Origin: Nitrosopumilus sp.
Lineage (GTDB): Archaea > Thermoproteota > Nitrososphaeria > Nitrososphaerales > Nitrosopumilaceae
Assembly (NCBI GenBank): GCA_965207075.1
Contig: CBDBLO010000002.1
Location: forward strand, 32,001-96,000
Direction: 5' to 3'
DNA: 64,000 nt
Shown here: positions 38,637 to 49,394 of the stretch, piece after piece
How the letters are laid out: each line of letters begins with the position of its first letter
How positions within the stretch are numbered: the first letter of the stretch is position 1
Translations under genes and position numbers: made by a program
The notes under the pieces: generated by a model
Database searches by the model: none
The model's input: the letters and a program-made list of their open reading frames with translations, nothing else
What the model was told of the DNA's origin: nothing

Positions 38637-39335
38637 CTAGTTTCCGGCGCTGTTGTTGTTGCTGCTACTGTTGCCGCCGCCGCTACTGCCGTCCGTGCCG
38701 CCGCCTGTGGCGGCAGGCGGTATCACCAGGAGCCCCCCGTCGGCAAGCTGCTTTACGAGCTGCATTACCTCCTTTTCGACCTGGCCGCGCTGCAACCCTG
38801 TCTGCTGGGCGAACACCTCCACTAGGTCGGTTATCTTGCGCTGCCCGTTGCAGGACCGCCAAAAGTCCACTATTGCCTGGTTGACCATGAACCCCTGGTC
38901 GTGCTCGTTTGCAAGCACCATCGAGCCGTCCTCCTGCTTGACCAGGTTGCCCACGCCCTGCGGCATGGCAGTCGCATAGTCTATGGGGGCCGGAGTCGCC
39001 ATGTTGGTGAGGCTGCCCATGCCCCGCAGCGTCTCCCTGGCCTCGGCGGTCAGCATGTCCATCGTCCACGGCGGGTCCCAGACTATCTCGACGTTGACGT
39101 TGTTGACGCCGGGCACCTTTTTGGCAAACCGCGTCACGTCGGAGACCAGCGTCTCGTGCAGCGGGCACCCCTTTGTGGTCATAGTCATACTTATGTTGAC
39201 GTCGTTGCCGTCCGTGACGTCGATCCCGTATACCAGACCCATGTCCACGATGCTGATCGGGACCTCCGGATCCATGCACTGCTTGAGCGACGCCCTGACC
39301 GCGTCGGGAGTGACGGATACTGCAGAAGTGCTCAT
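38637..39335 (-). CDS. DUF59/SufT-like Fe-S assembly protein with C-terminal PqqD-like domain
   Basis: DPEVPISIVDMGLVY, TTKGCP and WDPPW motifs. C-terminal VNQAIVDFWRSCNG...LVKQLADGGLL is PqqD-like. Confidence 0.8.
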   Translation of the reverse strand: MSTSAVSVTPDAVRASLKQCMDPEVPISIVDMGLVYGIDVTDGNDVNISMTMTTKGCPLHETLVSDVTRFAKKVPGVNNVNVEIVWDPPWTMDMLTAEARETLRGMGSLTNMATPAPIDYATAMPQGVGNLVKQEDGSMVLANEHDQGFMVNQAIVDFWRSCNGQRKITDLVEVFAQQTGLQRGQVEKEVMQLVKQLADGGLLVIPPAATGGGTDGSSGGGNSSSNNNSAGN

Positions 39336-39369
39336 GTGGGGCGCAGTCCAGCCAAGAAATAAAAAGTTT

Positions 39370-40527
39370 CTATAAATTAGCTGCGACAAACAATCGGGGG
39401 ATGGACTCTACATAGGGGGGTGCCGCCACGCCCCTCTCAGTTATGATCCCGGACACGAGCTCGGGGGGCGTCATGTCAAACGCGGGGTTTATCACGCCGA
39501 CGCCGGCGGGCGCCGTCCTGCGGCCCGCCACGCCTGTGACCTCGTCGGGGCTGCGCTGCTCTATCACCACGTCGCCGGGGTCGCTGTCCATGTCAAACGT
39601 GGAGAGCGGGGCCGCCACGTAGAACGGTATGCCGTGCCGGCGCGCCATGGTGGCCACCTGGTACGTCCCTATCTTGTTGTAGACGTGTCCCGTGCGCAGT
39701 ATGCGGTCGGCGCCCACCACCACGCGGTCGACCAGTCCGTTTGCCATCGCGTACCCGACGGCGGTGTCGGGTATGATGCTGACGTCGATCCCGTCGTGCT
39801 TTAGCTCGAATGCGGTCAGCCTCGAGCCCTGCTGCACAGGACGGGTCTCGGTGGCGATCACGCTGACCGCCTTGCCGGAGTCGCGCGCGGCCCTGATCAC
39901 CCCCAGCGCCGTGCCGTACGCGACGGTGGCAAGGGCCCCCGCGTTGCAGTGGGTCATTATGGTGTCGCTGTCCGAAAAGAGGGCAACCCCGTTGCGCCCC
40001 ATTGCCAGGTTCACCTCGATGTCGTCTGACGCCATGCGCATTGCGGCGTCCGCTACCGCCGTGGCTACGGGGACGGGAGAGTCACTGTTAGACGAGGCGG
40101 CCGCGTCCTCGGCAACGCGCATTATCTTGTCCAGGCCCCACTTCAGGTTGACGGCGGTGGGGCGAGTCGCCGCGAGGACCGTGGCGGCAGTCCTGAGGTC
40201 CCTTAGGAGCTGGGACGCGTCGGACGCGTTGCTCTGCCGCGCGGCCAGCGCAAGCCCGAAGGCTCCCGACACCCCTATTGCAGGGGCCCCCCTCACGACG
40301 AGGTTCTTGATGGCCTGCGCCACGTCCCTGTAGTCGTCATACGTGACGTAGACGAGCTCGTTTGGGAGCTTCGTCTGGTCGATCATCACCACCTTGCCGT
40401 CGTCGCTCCACTCCACGGTCTTCATCATATCCGACGGCTCGGGAGGCCGTGGCGATGGCTGCGGGGTGGGAGGCGGTGACGATGCGGATGATGCGGTCTC
40501 GGACATGTCAGATATCATTACTCCCAC
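39370..40527 (-). CDS. mtnA: S-methyl-5-thioribose-1-phosphate isomerase
   Basis: VRGAPAIG, RPTAVNL, THCNAG, ETRP and NKIGT motifs. The start may be later. Confidence 0.9.
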   Translation of the reverse strand: MGVMISDMSETASSASSPPPTPQPSPRPPEPSDMMKTVEWSDDGKVVMIDQTKLPNELVYVTYDDYRDVAQAIKNLVVRGAPAIGVSGAFGLALAARQSNASDASQLLRDLRTAATVLAATRPTAVNLKWGLDKIMRVAEDAAASSNSDSPVPVATAVADAAMRMASDDIEVNLAMGRNGVALFSDSDTIMTHCNAGALATVAYGTALGVIRAARDSGKAVSVIATETRPVQQGSRLTAFELKHDGIDVSIIPDTAVGYAMANGLVDRVVVGADRILRTGHVYNKIGTYQVATMARRHGIPFYVAAPLSTFDMDSDPGDVVIEQRSPDEVTGVAGRRTAPAGVGVINPAFDMTPPELVSGIITERGVAAPPYVESIPRLFVAANL

Positions 40528-40795
40528 TTACGAATAATTTAAACCGAGTCGATGCGCGCCGTCCTACGCGGCAGCATGCTGCGGGGGCGCGCCCACAAGC
40601 GACGGAAACTAAAAGGATCGCCTTTGCGGCAGCACCAACTCACTGCGTTGCCGGTTGCTTTTGCCGCCAATTTACACTGCATCAACTCCCGTCTACGTTC
40701 CTCCCACCCACCTCCCCTCCATGAATGTCACAATTTAACAGAAAAAATAATGAAAGGATCCAGATTCAGAAGGAGAACTTGCGGGACTTGGCAGT

Positions 40796-40981
40796 TTACG
40801 CTGAATGACTGTCACGTATGGCCTCTACCTCGGCAATGCTGTCGGCACGTCTGCTTGCACACTCTCTGCACCATTCTGCGATTCGTTTTTCGCCGGCGGC
40901 TTCGGCCCTTGCGGCCGTCTCCTCATCCTCTGCCTTCCACTCTTTCAGTTTTTCAATGTATCCGTCGTAGTCGAATCCCAT
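40796..40981 (-). CDS. Small charged hypothetical protein
   Basis: 61-aa helical, charged ORF with an upstream TTTAAG TATA-like element. Confidence 0.4.
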   Translation of the reverse strand: MGFDYDGYIEKLKEWKAEDEETAARAEAAGEKRIAEWCRECASRRADSIAEVEAIRDSHSA

Positions 40982-41069
40982 AAGTGGTATTGGTTGCCAA
41001 GAACCTTAAATTTCTCTGACGGTTTTACGCCACAAGCAGGTTGCGGCGTGCCGCAGACTATTGCCAGAA

Positions 41070-42734
41070 TCACACCAGGGCCTGCGACGCCTGGTGGAAC
41101 ATCTCGGACTTTGCGCACCCGGCCGCAAGCTCGTCGCCGGCGCCCCGCCTCATCAGCCCGCGGTACAGCCCGTCCTCGAGCTTTACGCCCTCGCGCTCCT
41201 CCCACTCCTCAACTGTTATCGAGTACTTTTTCTGGATGCGGTCGCGGTACCACTCCGGTATCACGTTGAACGCGCAGAACGGGATTATTCGCAGGTCGGG
41301 AGTCACGTAGTGTATGTCGCAGCGCTGCAGGCGCTCCAGGTCCTCGTTGTACTTGTCCTGAAAGTGCATCATGCCCAGGAACAGCCCCTTGACGTGCCAC
41401 GAGCCCACCGAGTCAAAGGAGCGCTTCATCAGTATGTTGCCGAACATCTTTGCAAGGTCCAGTCCGGCCGGCTGCTTTTTGGTGTCGACAAACGACTTTA
41501 GCTTGCGCACCACCTCTAGCATCGTAAAGTACTTGTTCTTGCCCGACCTGATCTCCTCGGCCTTGTCCTCGAACAGCTCGAGCATGCCCTGTATGTCGCA
41601 GAACTTTGTGAGCGGCACGAACTTTTTGGTCTCCTCGTCCTCGAAGATGTACGTGCCGGCGCCGCACGCAAAGTGTATCGACAATTCATACTTTGGCTTT
41701 GAGGAGAACGCCTCTATCACGTTTGTAAGCGGCATGCACGACGGCACGGGGAACCAGTCGTCTATCGTAACCTCGCCGTTGGTCTGCTCCTCTATGCGCT
41801 GCACGCAGTCGGGTATGGTAATGCGGTATTTCTCGCGCTCGGTCTTGCCCATCCTTCCCGTCAGCGACACGGGCTGGAAGTTTACCGCGTGGACAACGTC
41901 CATGTTCTTCTGGGCGTACCTGATTATGCCGCCCAGCTCGTGGTCGTTTATCGACTTTATCACGGTGGGAACGAACACGACCGTGGTGCCGGTCTTGCGG
42001 CAGCTGTCGAGCGCGTACGGGATCTCCCAGTGGTTCTTGGGGTTCGTCCTGGCCGTGACTCCGTCAAATGACAGGTACAAATTGTTGCATCCGGCCAATC
42101 TGACCTCCCTTGCGGCCTCAGGATCCATGGCGTGCCTTATGCCGTTTGTGTTCATCTGGATGTGGTCTACCCCCTCCTCCTTCATTATCTTGATTACCTC
42201 GGTGATGTCCTCGCGGAGCATGGGCTCGCCGCCCGTGATCTGCATCGAGTTTCCTGGTATGGGCCTCTCGGCCCTCAGAGTCTTCATCATGGCCCTGACC
42301 TGGTCCTGCGAGGGCTCGTACATGTATGCGCCCTCCAGCCCCTTTTTGACGTAAAAGAAGCAGTACCAGCACGTCAGGTCGCACCTGTTTGTCACTATCA
42401 TGTTTGCCAGGCCGCTGTGCGACAGGTGGTTGGAGCACAGCCCGCAGTTGTTGGGGCACGAGCACTTGTCGATCATCACGTTCGGGGCGTGCGCCCCCTT
42501 GCCGTCCTGCCAGTAAGTTGAAAACTTGTTGTACATCTCGTACGAGCCAAAGTACAGCTCCTCGCACTCGCCGTGCGACGGACACGTCTTTGTCATGAAC
42601 ACCTTGCCGTCCCGCTCGAACACCTCGGCGTCCAGGATCATGTTGCAGTCGGGGCATATGGACTGGGTGAACCTGATCGTGGACTTTTTGCCCAGATTCT
42701 TTGCGGACTGATTGGAGATCTGAATCAGACTCAT
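41070..42734 (-). CDS. tes: Tetraether lipid synthase (radical SAM)
   Basis: QSICPDC...CPSHG, CPNNCGLC, TNRCDLTCWYCFFY, NFQPVS and RCDIHY...IPFCAFN motifs. Confidence 0.85.
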   Translation of the reverse strand: MSLIQISNQSAKNLGKKSTIRFTQSICPDCNMILDAEVFERDGKVFMTKTCPSHGECEELYFGSYEMYNKFSTYWQDGKGAHAPNVMIDKCSCPNNCGLCSNHLSHSGLANMIVTNRCDLTCWYCFFYVKKGLEGAYMYEPSQDQVRAMMKTLRAERPIPGNSMQITGGEPMLREDITEVIKIMKEEGVDHIQMNTNGIRHAMDPEAAREVRLAGCNNLYLSFDGVTARTNPKNHWEIPYALDSCRKTGTTVVFVPTVIKSINDHELGGIIRYAQKNMDVVHAVNFQPVSLTGRMGKTEREKYRITIPDCVQRIEEQTNGEVTIDDWFPVPSCMPLTNVIEAFSSKPKYELSIHFACGAGTYIFEDEETKKFVPLTKFCDIQGMLELFEDKAEEIRSGKNKYFTMLEVVRKLKSFVDTKKQPAGLDLAKMFGNILMKRSFDSVGSWHVKGLFLGMMHFQDKYNEDLERLQRCDIHYVTPDLRIIPFCAFNVIPEWYRDRIQKKYSITVEEWEEREGVKLEDGLYRGLMRRGAGDELAAGCAKSEMFHQASQALV

Positions 42735-42896
42735 ACTAATAGATGCTGACTTTTGCATGTATTTAATACTTAAGATTCGACCCGCGCTCCGGCTTTAATA
42801 CCCACACAGGGTTCGTTGTTTGTACCATACAGTGGCCGCCACACGGTGCGGGCAGGCGGCAGGGCGGGCGTCCCCTAGGCGGCCGAAAGCGGGTGC

Positions 42897-42962
42897 GGCG
42901 GGCACGATGGGGGCGGGCACGATGGGGGCGGGCACGATGGGGGCGGGCACGATGGGGGCGGG
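42897..42962. repeat. 15-bp tandem repeat (GGGCACGATGGGGGC) x4
   Basis: Four perfect units with no spacers, in the divergent tes/cas4 intergenic region. Confidence 0.9.
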
Positions 42963-43071
42963 GCGGGGCGATCCGCATGCGGGGGTGCAAGCAGGCGGCA
43001 GGACGGGCGCGCCGCCCGTACCACATGATCCCCAAACTATAAGAGCAAAGCCGTGAACCACGTGACAAATG

Positions 43072-43764
43072 ATGGGAGACAGGGACTATCGCAGCATAGT
43101 CCAGAACGCCATAGACTCCATAGGAAGGGAGCTGGAGCTGGAGATAGACGCGGAGGACGTCAGAAACATCCACCTCAAGGAGGTGACGGGCTGCATGCGC
43201 CGCGCATACTACGACAGGACGGACGCCAAGGAGGTCGAGTCGCGCGAGTTCAGCGGCCTCCTCTCCGGGCTGCTGCGCAAGATGCAGTACGGCAGCGAGT
43301 CCAAGAGGTTCCAAGTCGAGGACGGCGGCATCACGCTGGAGGGCAGGGCGGACATGGTGGTAGACGATATAGTGATACTGTTCAGGCCGCCCCCGGCCGC
43401 GGCCGGCGACGACGCGGAGGCAAGCCAGAGGATGGAGGCCCCGCACGCGGCCGATGCCCTGTACCTGAACGCCTGCATGTGGATATACGGCAAGGAGAGC
43501 GGCATCATCGTGTACATGTCCGGATACCAGAAGGAGGTGATGTTCTCCATGGCGCGCAACAAGAAGATGTTCGAGGAGACGGTGCGCAGGACGCGCGTCC
43601 TGGCAAGCCTGCTCAAGGAGAAGAAGACCCCGATTCTGGAGCCGTCCTCGGAGTGCGCCACCTGCCAGTACTATGAGAGGTGCTATACGACCCGGCGCAA
43701 CGCAAAGCAGATCTCCCTGCACGAGATGTTCGGGCTGGGCGGCGGCGACAAGTCCGCAAAGTAG
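43072..43764 (+). CDS. Stand-alone Cas4-like (Fe-S, PD-(D/E)xK fold) protein
   Basis: CMRRAYY, LEGRAD and CATCQYYERC (four-Cys set). Confidence 0.7.
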   Translation: MGDRDYRSIVQNAIDSIGRELELEIDAEDVRNIHLKEVTGCMRRAYYDRTDAKEVESREFSGLLSGLLRKMQYGSESKRFQVEDGGITLEGRADMVVDDIVILFRPPPAAAGDDAEASQRMEAPHAADALYLNACMWIYGKESGIIVYMSGYQKEVMFSMARNKKMFEETVRRTRVLASLLKEKKTPILEPSSECATCQYYERCYTTRRNAKQISLHEMFGLGGGDKSAK

Positions 43765-44071
43765 GCCAGCCGGCGCGGACGCCACCGGCAGAACCGGCGT
43801 GACGCTCGAACGGCATGCGCCGCGCAGCACACGCTGGAAACAACGAAAAAGAGAGATTGGTGATCTGCTCACTCAATGGGCTCGGGATGCCCCTTGCCAC
43901 GGAGAGCGAAACACACTACTGCCAGTGCTATTGCGACCCCGGCTGCTGCGCCGTATGCGGCCATACCTGCTTCTGCCATTTGGGTAGATTCGATCCGTGG
44001 CGCTTTTATAACTTTGGCAGGAATCCTTTGATATAATGAAAGTATCATGATCTGCAAATGCTGTGATACAG

Positions 44072-44647
44072 TCACCGCACGAACTCAAAGCTCAGCACGT
44101 TCTCCTGCCCGCTGGTCATCGAGCTGAGGTTGTAGAAGACGTCGCCTGTCACGCGCCAGGACGCCGTGCCGTCCTGCAGCGCCTGCCACAGCCCGGGGCT
44201 GCCCTGGTTTTGGAGGCTTACCGTGTCCCTCAGGGTGATGGTGCCGCCTGCAAGCAGCGTGTAGTAGCTGGAGCCGAACTCGACCATCCCCCCGGGGCGG
44301 GTGCCTATCTGCCCCCCGGATACGGGTATGACGTCGCCGCCGGTGTGCGCGGTCTCAAAGAGCCTGTAGTCGAGCGTCTGGACTATGACGGAGCGCTGGT
44401 TGGGGTTGTGCACGGAGAACGATATCTCGATCGTGGCGGCCCTGTCCGTTATCTTTTCGACTGCGATGTCCTCGAGGGAGACCTGCAGCGGCAGGATCTG
44501 GGCGGGGCTGCTGCTGCCGTCCCCCTGCTGCATCCCGGGCACTAGCGGCGCGTTGTCGGCCACCATGGCGGGCCCCGTCAACAGTATCCCTATTATGATG
44601 GCCACCATCGCGCCCGCCGCCGCGCCTACAAAGATCCTCGGATTCAC
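44072..44647 (-). CDS. Membrane-anchored LEA_2/WHy-like protein
   Basis: N-terminal TM followed by FSVHNPN...LDYRL. Confidence 0.6.
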   Translation of the reverse strand: MNPRIFVGAAAGAMVAIIIGILLTGPAMVADNAPLVPGMQQGDGSSSPAQILPLQVSLEDIAVEKITDRAATIEISFSVHNPNQRSVIVQTLDYRLFETAHTGGDVIPVSGGQIGTRPGGMVEFGSSYYTLLAGGTITLRDTVSLQNQGSPGLWQALQDGTASWRVTGDVFYNLSSMTSGQENVLSFEFVR

Positions 44648-44698
44648 TGGTAAATGTGGCAGTGCTTGGTTATTATATCATTGGCGCGCATTATATCC

Positions 44699-45064
44699 AT
44701 GCAGTACTTTCAGGCCGTGCAGAAGGGCAAGCAGCGCGCCGGCAGGTCCCAGATGAAGATGTTCGAGGCGGCCGGCTTTGGGATGCTCACCCTGACCACC
44801 AAGAAGGTGGGCGGATCGTTTGAGCCGGTGGGCGAGGAGGACATGGCGGCCGTAGTCGAGTCCGCCGACGGGTTCGTCGCGATAATAACCGACGCGGACG
44901 GGTACACAAAGGCGCAGTCAAAGGCGGTCACGAGGGACGAGGCCGCGGCCATATACCAAAAGCTGACGGCGGCCGGGGAAGGGGGGGAAGGCGGAATGCC
45001 CAGGTATCCGGGGGAGAGCATACAGATCTGGTCTGAGACGCGCCCCACGATTCGGGACGTCTGA
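44699..45064 (+). CDS. Hypothetical protein
   Basis: ATG after a TATA-like TTATTATA; coding-like composition. Confidence 0.65.
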   Translation: MQYFQAVQKGKQRAGRSQMKMFEAAGFGMLTLTTKKVGGSFEPVGEEDMAAVVESADGFVAIITDADGYTKAQSKAVTRDEAAAIYQKLTAAGEGGEGGMPRYPGESIQIWSETRPTIRDV

Positions 45065-45074
45065 CCGGCCCCTC

Positions 45075-45854
45075 TCAGCTCTTCTTGCCGCGCCTCTTTG
45101 CGGCGCCGGCGGCGGCCGCGGCCGCGGCCGGCGGCAGGACGATCTCGGTTCCCACCATCCCGGTGCCCCTGATGGCCTTTTCGATAAGCTTGGGGTCGGC
45201 CTTGAGGATGCGCGTGCTTATCCTGGACCGCTCGATTATCTTCAGCGCCACTATATCCATGAGGTCGTAGCCCCCCGCGATGGAGTCCTCGTGGACCAGC
45301 ATGCTCTTGAGTCCCTTGAGCTCGATCCGCTTGAACCTCTTTGCCCGCTTGAACCTGTTGGGATCCATGTCGTACACGCCGTCCACGTCAGTCGCGTTCA
45401 GGAACATGTCGGCGGACACCTTCTCGGCTATCAGGGCCGCGGTGCCGTTGGTGGACTGGCCCGGATGCAGCCCTCCCGCAACCACGATCAGCCCGTCGTC
45501 GACTGCGTGCCGCACCTCCTGCAGCGTGGTGGGCGGGTGCGAGTACGCGCGGTTCCTCAGCGCGTATATGAGGAGCTTGGCGTTGAGCCGGGATATCTCT
45601 ATGCCGAGCTCGTCCAAGGTGGACTCGTCGGCGCCAAAAAAGCGCGCGTCCGATATGTAGTGGCGCGCGATGGTGCCGCCGCCGGCTATTATTATGGGCT
45701 GGCATATCCTGCTTATCTTTGCAAAAAACGACGCATAGTCCTTGAGGACGCGGGTGTTGTTTGGATCAAAGACCCTGCCGGAGAGCTTTATGACTATCCG
45801 CTTCTTTCTTTTCCGGGTGGTCTGGGGGGCGGGCGTCGGCGGCGGCGTGGTCAT
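45075..45854 (-). CDS. pyrH: Uridylate kinase
   Basis: VIKLSG, GGG, PGQST and TDVDGVY motifs. Confidence 0.9.
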   Translation of the reverse strand: MTTPPPTPAPQTTRKRKKRIVIKLSGRVFDPNNTRVLKDYASFFAKISRICQPIIIAGGGTIARHYISDARFFGADESTLDELGIEISRLNAKLLIYALRNRAYSHPPTTLQEVRHAVDDGLIVVAGGLHPGQSTNGTAALIAEKVSADMFLNATDVDGVYDMDPNRFKRAKRFKRIELKGLKSMLVHEDSIAGGYDLMDIVALKIIERSRISTRILKADPKLIEKAIRGTGMVGTEIVLPPAAAAAAAGAAKRRGKKS

Positions 45855-47137
45855 GATATGTCATCAAGTGTCGAACGCGTCGCAATTTCAACCTTGTTGC
45901 GGTATCTGGACGTCGTGTAGACGCGCAGGATGTTCATGAACCCGGATATTGCGTGGACCGACGGTATGTCCGATATCGGCATGCGCTCTGCCTCCTTCCC
46001 CCTCCTCCTCCTGCTGCTGCTGCTGCCGCCGCTGCCGCCGCCGGACCGCGGCGAGACCACCAAAATGTGGCTCGACTCGCTCTTTGAGGGCGCGAGCGGT
46101 ATGGACGGGGTGGCCGAGCTGTCGACGAATATGGCCGACTCGGGGACGCCCGACGCGTCGGATATCTCGGAGCGCAGCCTGCCGGTCTTGATGCCCTGCA
46201 GCTTGCGGCGGCTTGTAATGATGCGCTCAAAGACGCACTTTAGCAGCCTGCGGTTCTGGTAGTCGACAGCAAGGGACCTTGCGCGGGCAAGCCCCGGGAT
46301 ATCGGTGGTGGCCATCATGGACAGGACGGGCTCGTCTGTAAGGTTCGGCACGTCGTCCAGGTCAAACGTGGTGAACCCGAACTCGGCGTCCGATATGCGG
46401 AGGGCCTCGAGCAGCATCACCTCCGCGGCGCGGACGGTGCGGTGAAAGTATACTGCCTTGAACATCTGGTACCTGGCATGCATCATGGACTCAAACGAGT
46501 ACAGGGCAGAGCGCTCTAGCGCCAGCTCCCTTTTGTGCACGTCAAAGGACTGGAGTATGCGCTGGTGCTCCGTGCGGCCCATCTGGGCCCCGGTAAAGTA
46601 GCTGTCCCGGCGCAGGTAGTCCATCATGTCGGCGCTCAGGGCCCCGGATATGATCTGGTTCATGTACTGGTGGCCGGACGTGCCGAACGCGACGTCGACC
46701 ACCTCCCTCTTGCCAAAGCCGTGCCTGGAGAGTATGTCGCCGATCTCCGACTCCAGTATGAGCCGCCTGCCGAACTGCTCGTGGGACGAGTGGCTGAGGT
46801 GCAGTATCTCCTCAAACAGGTGCGAGAACGGGCCGTGCCCTATGTCGTGCAGCAGGGCGGCCATGCGCAGCAGGGCGAGCCTGTCCGGGTCCATGATGCC
46901 CTTGTCCATCAGCATGTGCCCCGCCTGGCTTGCGATGTGCATCACGCCAAGCGAGTGCTCGAACCGGGTATGCTGCGCCGACGGGTACGTCAGGTGCGCC
47001 CCGCTCAGCTGCCTTATGCGCCGCAGCCTCTGAAAGAGCGGGTGGTCTATGACCGCGACCTCCCGGTCAAAGACCCTGATGTACCCGTGTATGGGGTCGA
47101 TGATGTCCAGGTATCTCTTGGCGGGCGCGGCGGTCAT
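45851..47137 (-). CDS. HD-domain phosphohydrolase (dNTP triphosphohydrolase-like)
   Basis: [24 protein letters not shown] and [12 protein letters not shown] motifs. Confidence 0.9.
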   Translation of the reverse strand: MTAAPAKRYLDIIDPIHGYIRVFDREVAVIDHPLFQRLRRIRQLSGAHLTYPSAQHTRFEHSLGVMHIASQAGHMLMDKGIMDPDRLALLRMAALLHDIGHGPFSHLFEEILHLSHSSHEQFGRRLILESEIGDILSRHGFGKREVVDVAFGTSGHQYMNQIISGALSADMMDYLRRDSYFTGAQMGRTEHQRILQSFDVHKRELALERSALYSFESMMHARYQMFKAVYFHRTVRAAEVMLLEALRISDAEFGFTTFDLDDVPNLTDEPVLSMMATTDIPGLARARSLAVDYQNRRLLKCVFERIITSRRKLQGIKTGRLRSEISDASGVPESAIFVDSSATPSIPLAPSKSESSHILVVSPRSGGGSGGSSSSRRRRGKEAERMPISDIPSVHAISGFMNILRVYTTSRYRNKVEIATRSTLDDIS

Positions 47138-47925
47138 GCGCGGCCCCGCCTCCCGCCCTTCCGGGGGGCGCCCGCAGCGGTCCTGGGGGGGCGTGCTGCC
47201 GCAGGCGCCGCCGGTTTCTTCTTCTTCTTATTGTTCTTATTTGCCGGCGCCACTTTCTTGCTTGGCGCCCTCGCGCTTCGCGCCGCCGTGCCTGGCGCCG
47301 CCCCTCCCGCCTTCCTGGCAGGCCGTCCGGTCCCGGCCGCCTCCAGCCTTGGCAGGAGATACCCGAGCATCTCCGCGTGGACGTCGCCCTTGGGTTTGTC
47401 CGCGCCCACCACCTTCCAGCGCCTCTTCTTGGCCATGGACAGGTATTCTGCGCGCACCGACCCGAGGAACTTTTTGTCGCGCTCAAGCTTGTCGCGGTCG
47501 GCGGGGCGCCTCTCAAAGGACACCGCAACTGGAATGTCAAGGAGTATGGTAAACGCGGCCTCCGGCATTCCGCGTTCCAGGCTCTCAAGCCATTTGCGGT
47601 CGACGCCGTTTGCGGCGCCGTATATGACGTTGGAGGAGTGGTACCTGTCCATTATGACGACGTCGTGGCCCGGCAGCGCGTCCTTGATCACGTGCAGGAA
47701 CTCCCACTTGTTGGCGGCCTGCAGGCAGTGGAAGACCTGGGGCGGAATCCTTTTGCGCCTCTTTGCAACCAGGTGGTGGCTTATCGCGCGCCCGATGGGC
47801 GTGTCATACCTTGGAAAATGGAACAGTTTCGTCGACATGCCGCGCTTTTTGAGCGCCCTCTGCAGCATTACGGACTGCGTGTGCTTGCCCGCCTGGTCCA
47901 CCCCCTCTATTGCAATTATCAACAA
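47134..47925 (-). CDS. tmk: Thymidylate kinase with basic low-complexity tail
   Basis: IEGVDQAGKHTQ, FP and MDRY motifs. Confidence 0.9.
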   Translation of the reverse strand: MLIIAIEGVDQAGKHTQSVMLQRALKKRGMSTKLFHFPRYDTPIGRAISHHLVAKRRKRIPPQVFHCLQAANKWEFLHVIKDALPGHDVVIMDRYHSSNVIYGAANGVDRKWLESLERGMPEAAFTILLDIPVAVSFERRPADRDKLERDKKFLGSVRAEYLSMAKKRRWKVVGADKPKGDVHAEMLGYLLPRLEAAGTGRPARKAGGAAPGTAARSARAPSKKVAPANKNNKKKKKPAAPAAARPPRTAAGAPRKGGRRGRA

Positions 47926-48323
47926 CGATGTGACGGTACGGGCATAATAAAAAGGAAAATGGATTGGGCGCGGGCGCGTCTGGCGCCCCGGCGCGGGCGC
48001 GGTGCGGAAGCGGGAGGGAGGGCGCAGCGGCCAGTCCGCGCCGGCAGCAGGGCCGCAAACTCGTGGCGGTACCGCGTAAAAAAGCGCATTTCACGCCTGA
48101 AAATGGCGGAGTCTACGACGCTGACATAGGACGGGTCTTTCTTCATACCCGACACCAAATCCGGGCGCAAGTATTGGTCTTCTGTGGGAACAGGAATAGC
48201 CACTCCGCACACTGGAAGCCACAAAAAAGTGACGGCATACGGAGCACACGACGGCCCGGCAACCGAAGCGGAGGCAGGACGCCAATGCAACAGCCTTTTA
48301 TTTATTCGCCGCAAGGCATCATA

Positions 48324-49058
48324 GTGTATTTCCTTTACGCGGACAGTTCGGGCCTTACAAAGATAAAGCTCGGCAGACACGATAACCCGTATATCACAGT
48401 CGGAGTGATTGTCCACGAAAAAGACTACAGGCCGATCGAAGGCAGGATCTCAGAAGCAAAGAGCATGGTGCTTCCCGGGTTGGATCCGTGCGCATGGGAG
48501 CTGCACGCGTATGACATTTGGAATAGCAGGAATTTCTTTGACGATAGACGCATGAGGGTGAACCGTGCGAAAAAAATGGAGATCTTCTCTAGGATCACAG
48601 ACCTTGCATGCGAGTTGGACATCACGATAGTCGGTGTGACAATGTTCAAAGACAAGATGGCGGATATGTACCGTTCCCAGACAGTTATGGATTATTCGTG
48701 GATGTTTGTTGCCGAGCGATTTGAGCATTTTTTGGTGCAAAAGCCGGCGGAAACCAACAACGGACTGCTATTTGTAGATGCCAGCCAAAAGAACCCCGAA
48801 TCAGACATCAGGCGCGCTCTGCAGAAGGCAGTGAAAAACGGTAGCAACTGGCAGAGTATCGACCATGTCATTGAGCATCCCATCTTTGTAGAATCGCACG
48901 CGCATAACCTGATTCAGCTGGCAGACATGATTGCATATGTTATGCTCAAGCACTACAAGGGCGACTCGGAATTCGGAGAATTGTTTGAGCGGTTAAAGTC
49001 GAGAATGTACCGATACGGCGGCAAACTAGACGGTTTTGGCCTCAAGGAGTTTCCTTAG
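48324..49058 (+). CDS. DUF3800 domain protein
   Basis: YFLYADSSG, ELHAYD and FVES...IQLADMIAY motifs; GTG start inferred; lower GC than neighbours. Confidence 0.75.
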   Translation: MYFLYADSSGLTKIKLGRHDNPYITVGVIVHEKDYRPIEGRISEAKSMVLPGLDPCAWELHAYDIWNSRNFFDDRRMRVNRAKKMEIFSRITDLACELDITIVGVTMFKDKMADMYRSQTVMDYSWMFVAERFEHFLVQKPAETNNGLLFVDASQKNPESDIRRALQKAVKNGSNWQSIDHVIEHPIFVESHAHNLIQLADMIAYVMLKHYKGDSEFGELFERLKSRMYRYGGKLDGFGLKEFP

Positions 49059-49069
49059 CTGTATGTGTC

Positions 49070-49108
49070 GGGAAGCAGGTCCGCACAGTTGCGGAGAAGC
49101 TGCTTCCC
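49070..49108. ncRNA. Candidate structured RNA immediately downstream of the DUF3800 gene
   Basis: Nested stems GGGAAGCAG/CTGCTTCCC and TCCGCA-CAGT-TGCGGA. Confidence 0.4.
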
Positions 49109-49394
49109 TAAAGTCACACGCTTGTGGCTCTGACCTTACTATCTATTAACTACGTTATAAAGCGATTGCCGCGCGAAGCGCTGTCCAGTTCCCAGACGCA
49201 GAAACGACGAAAAGCCTAAAGATCACGACAGATTCGGATACAAAAGCTTATTGATCATACAGGGTGGCATGCACCCAATGAGTTCCAGAAGAAGACGAAA
49301 GAGAGGAGGGCTCCTGACAAGACGCCCAAGTGCCAACATGGGAGCGCTCCTACCCACGGTCAAATACTTATAGCTTGACGGCCCACACACGTCG

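Noticed and set aside
42897-42962. CRISPR array next to the Cas4-like gene
   Set aside because: The 15-bp units are contiguous with no spacers, and no other cas genes are present.
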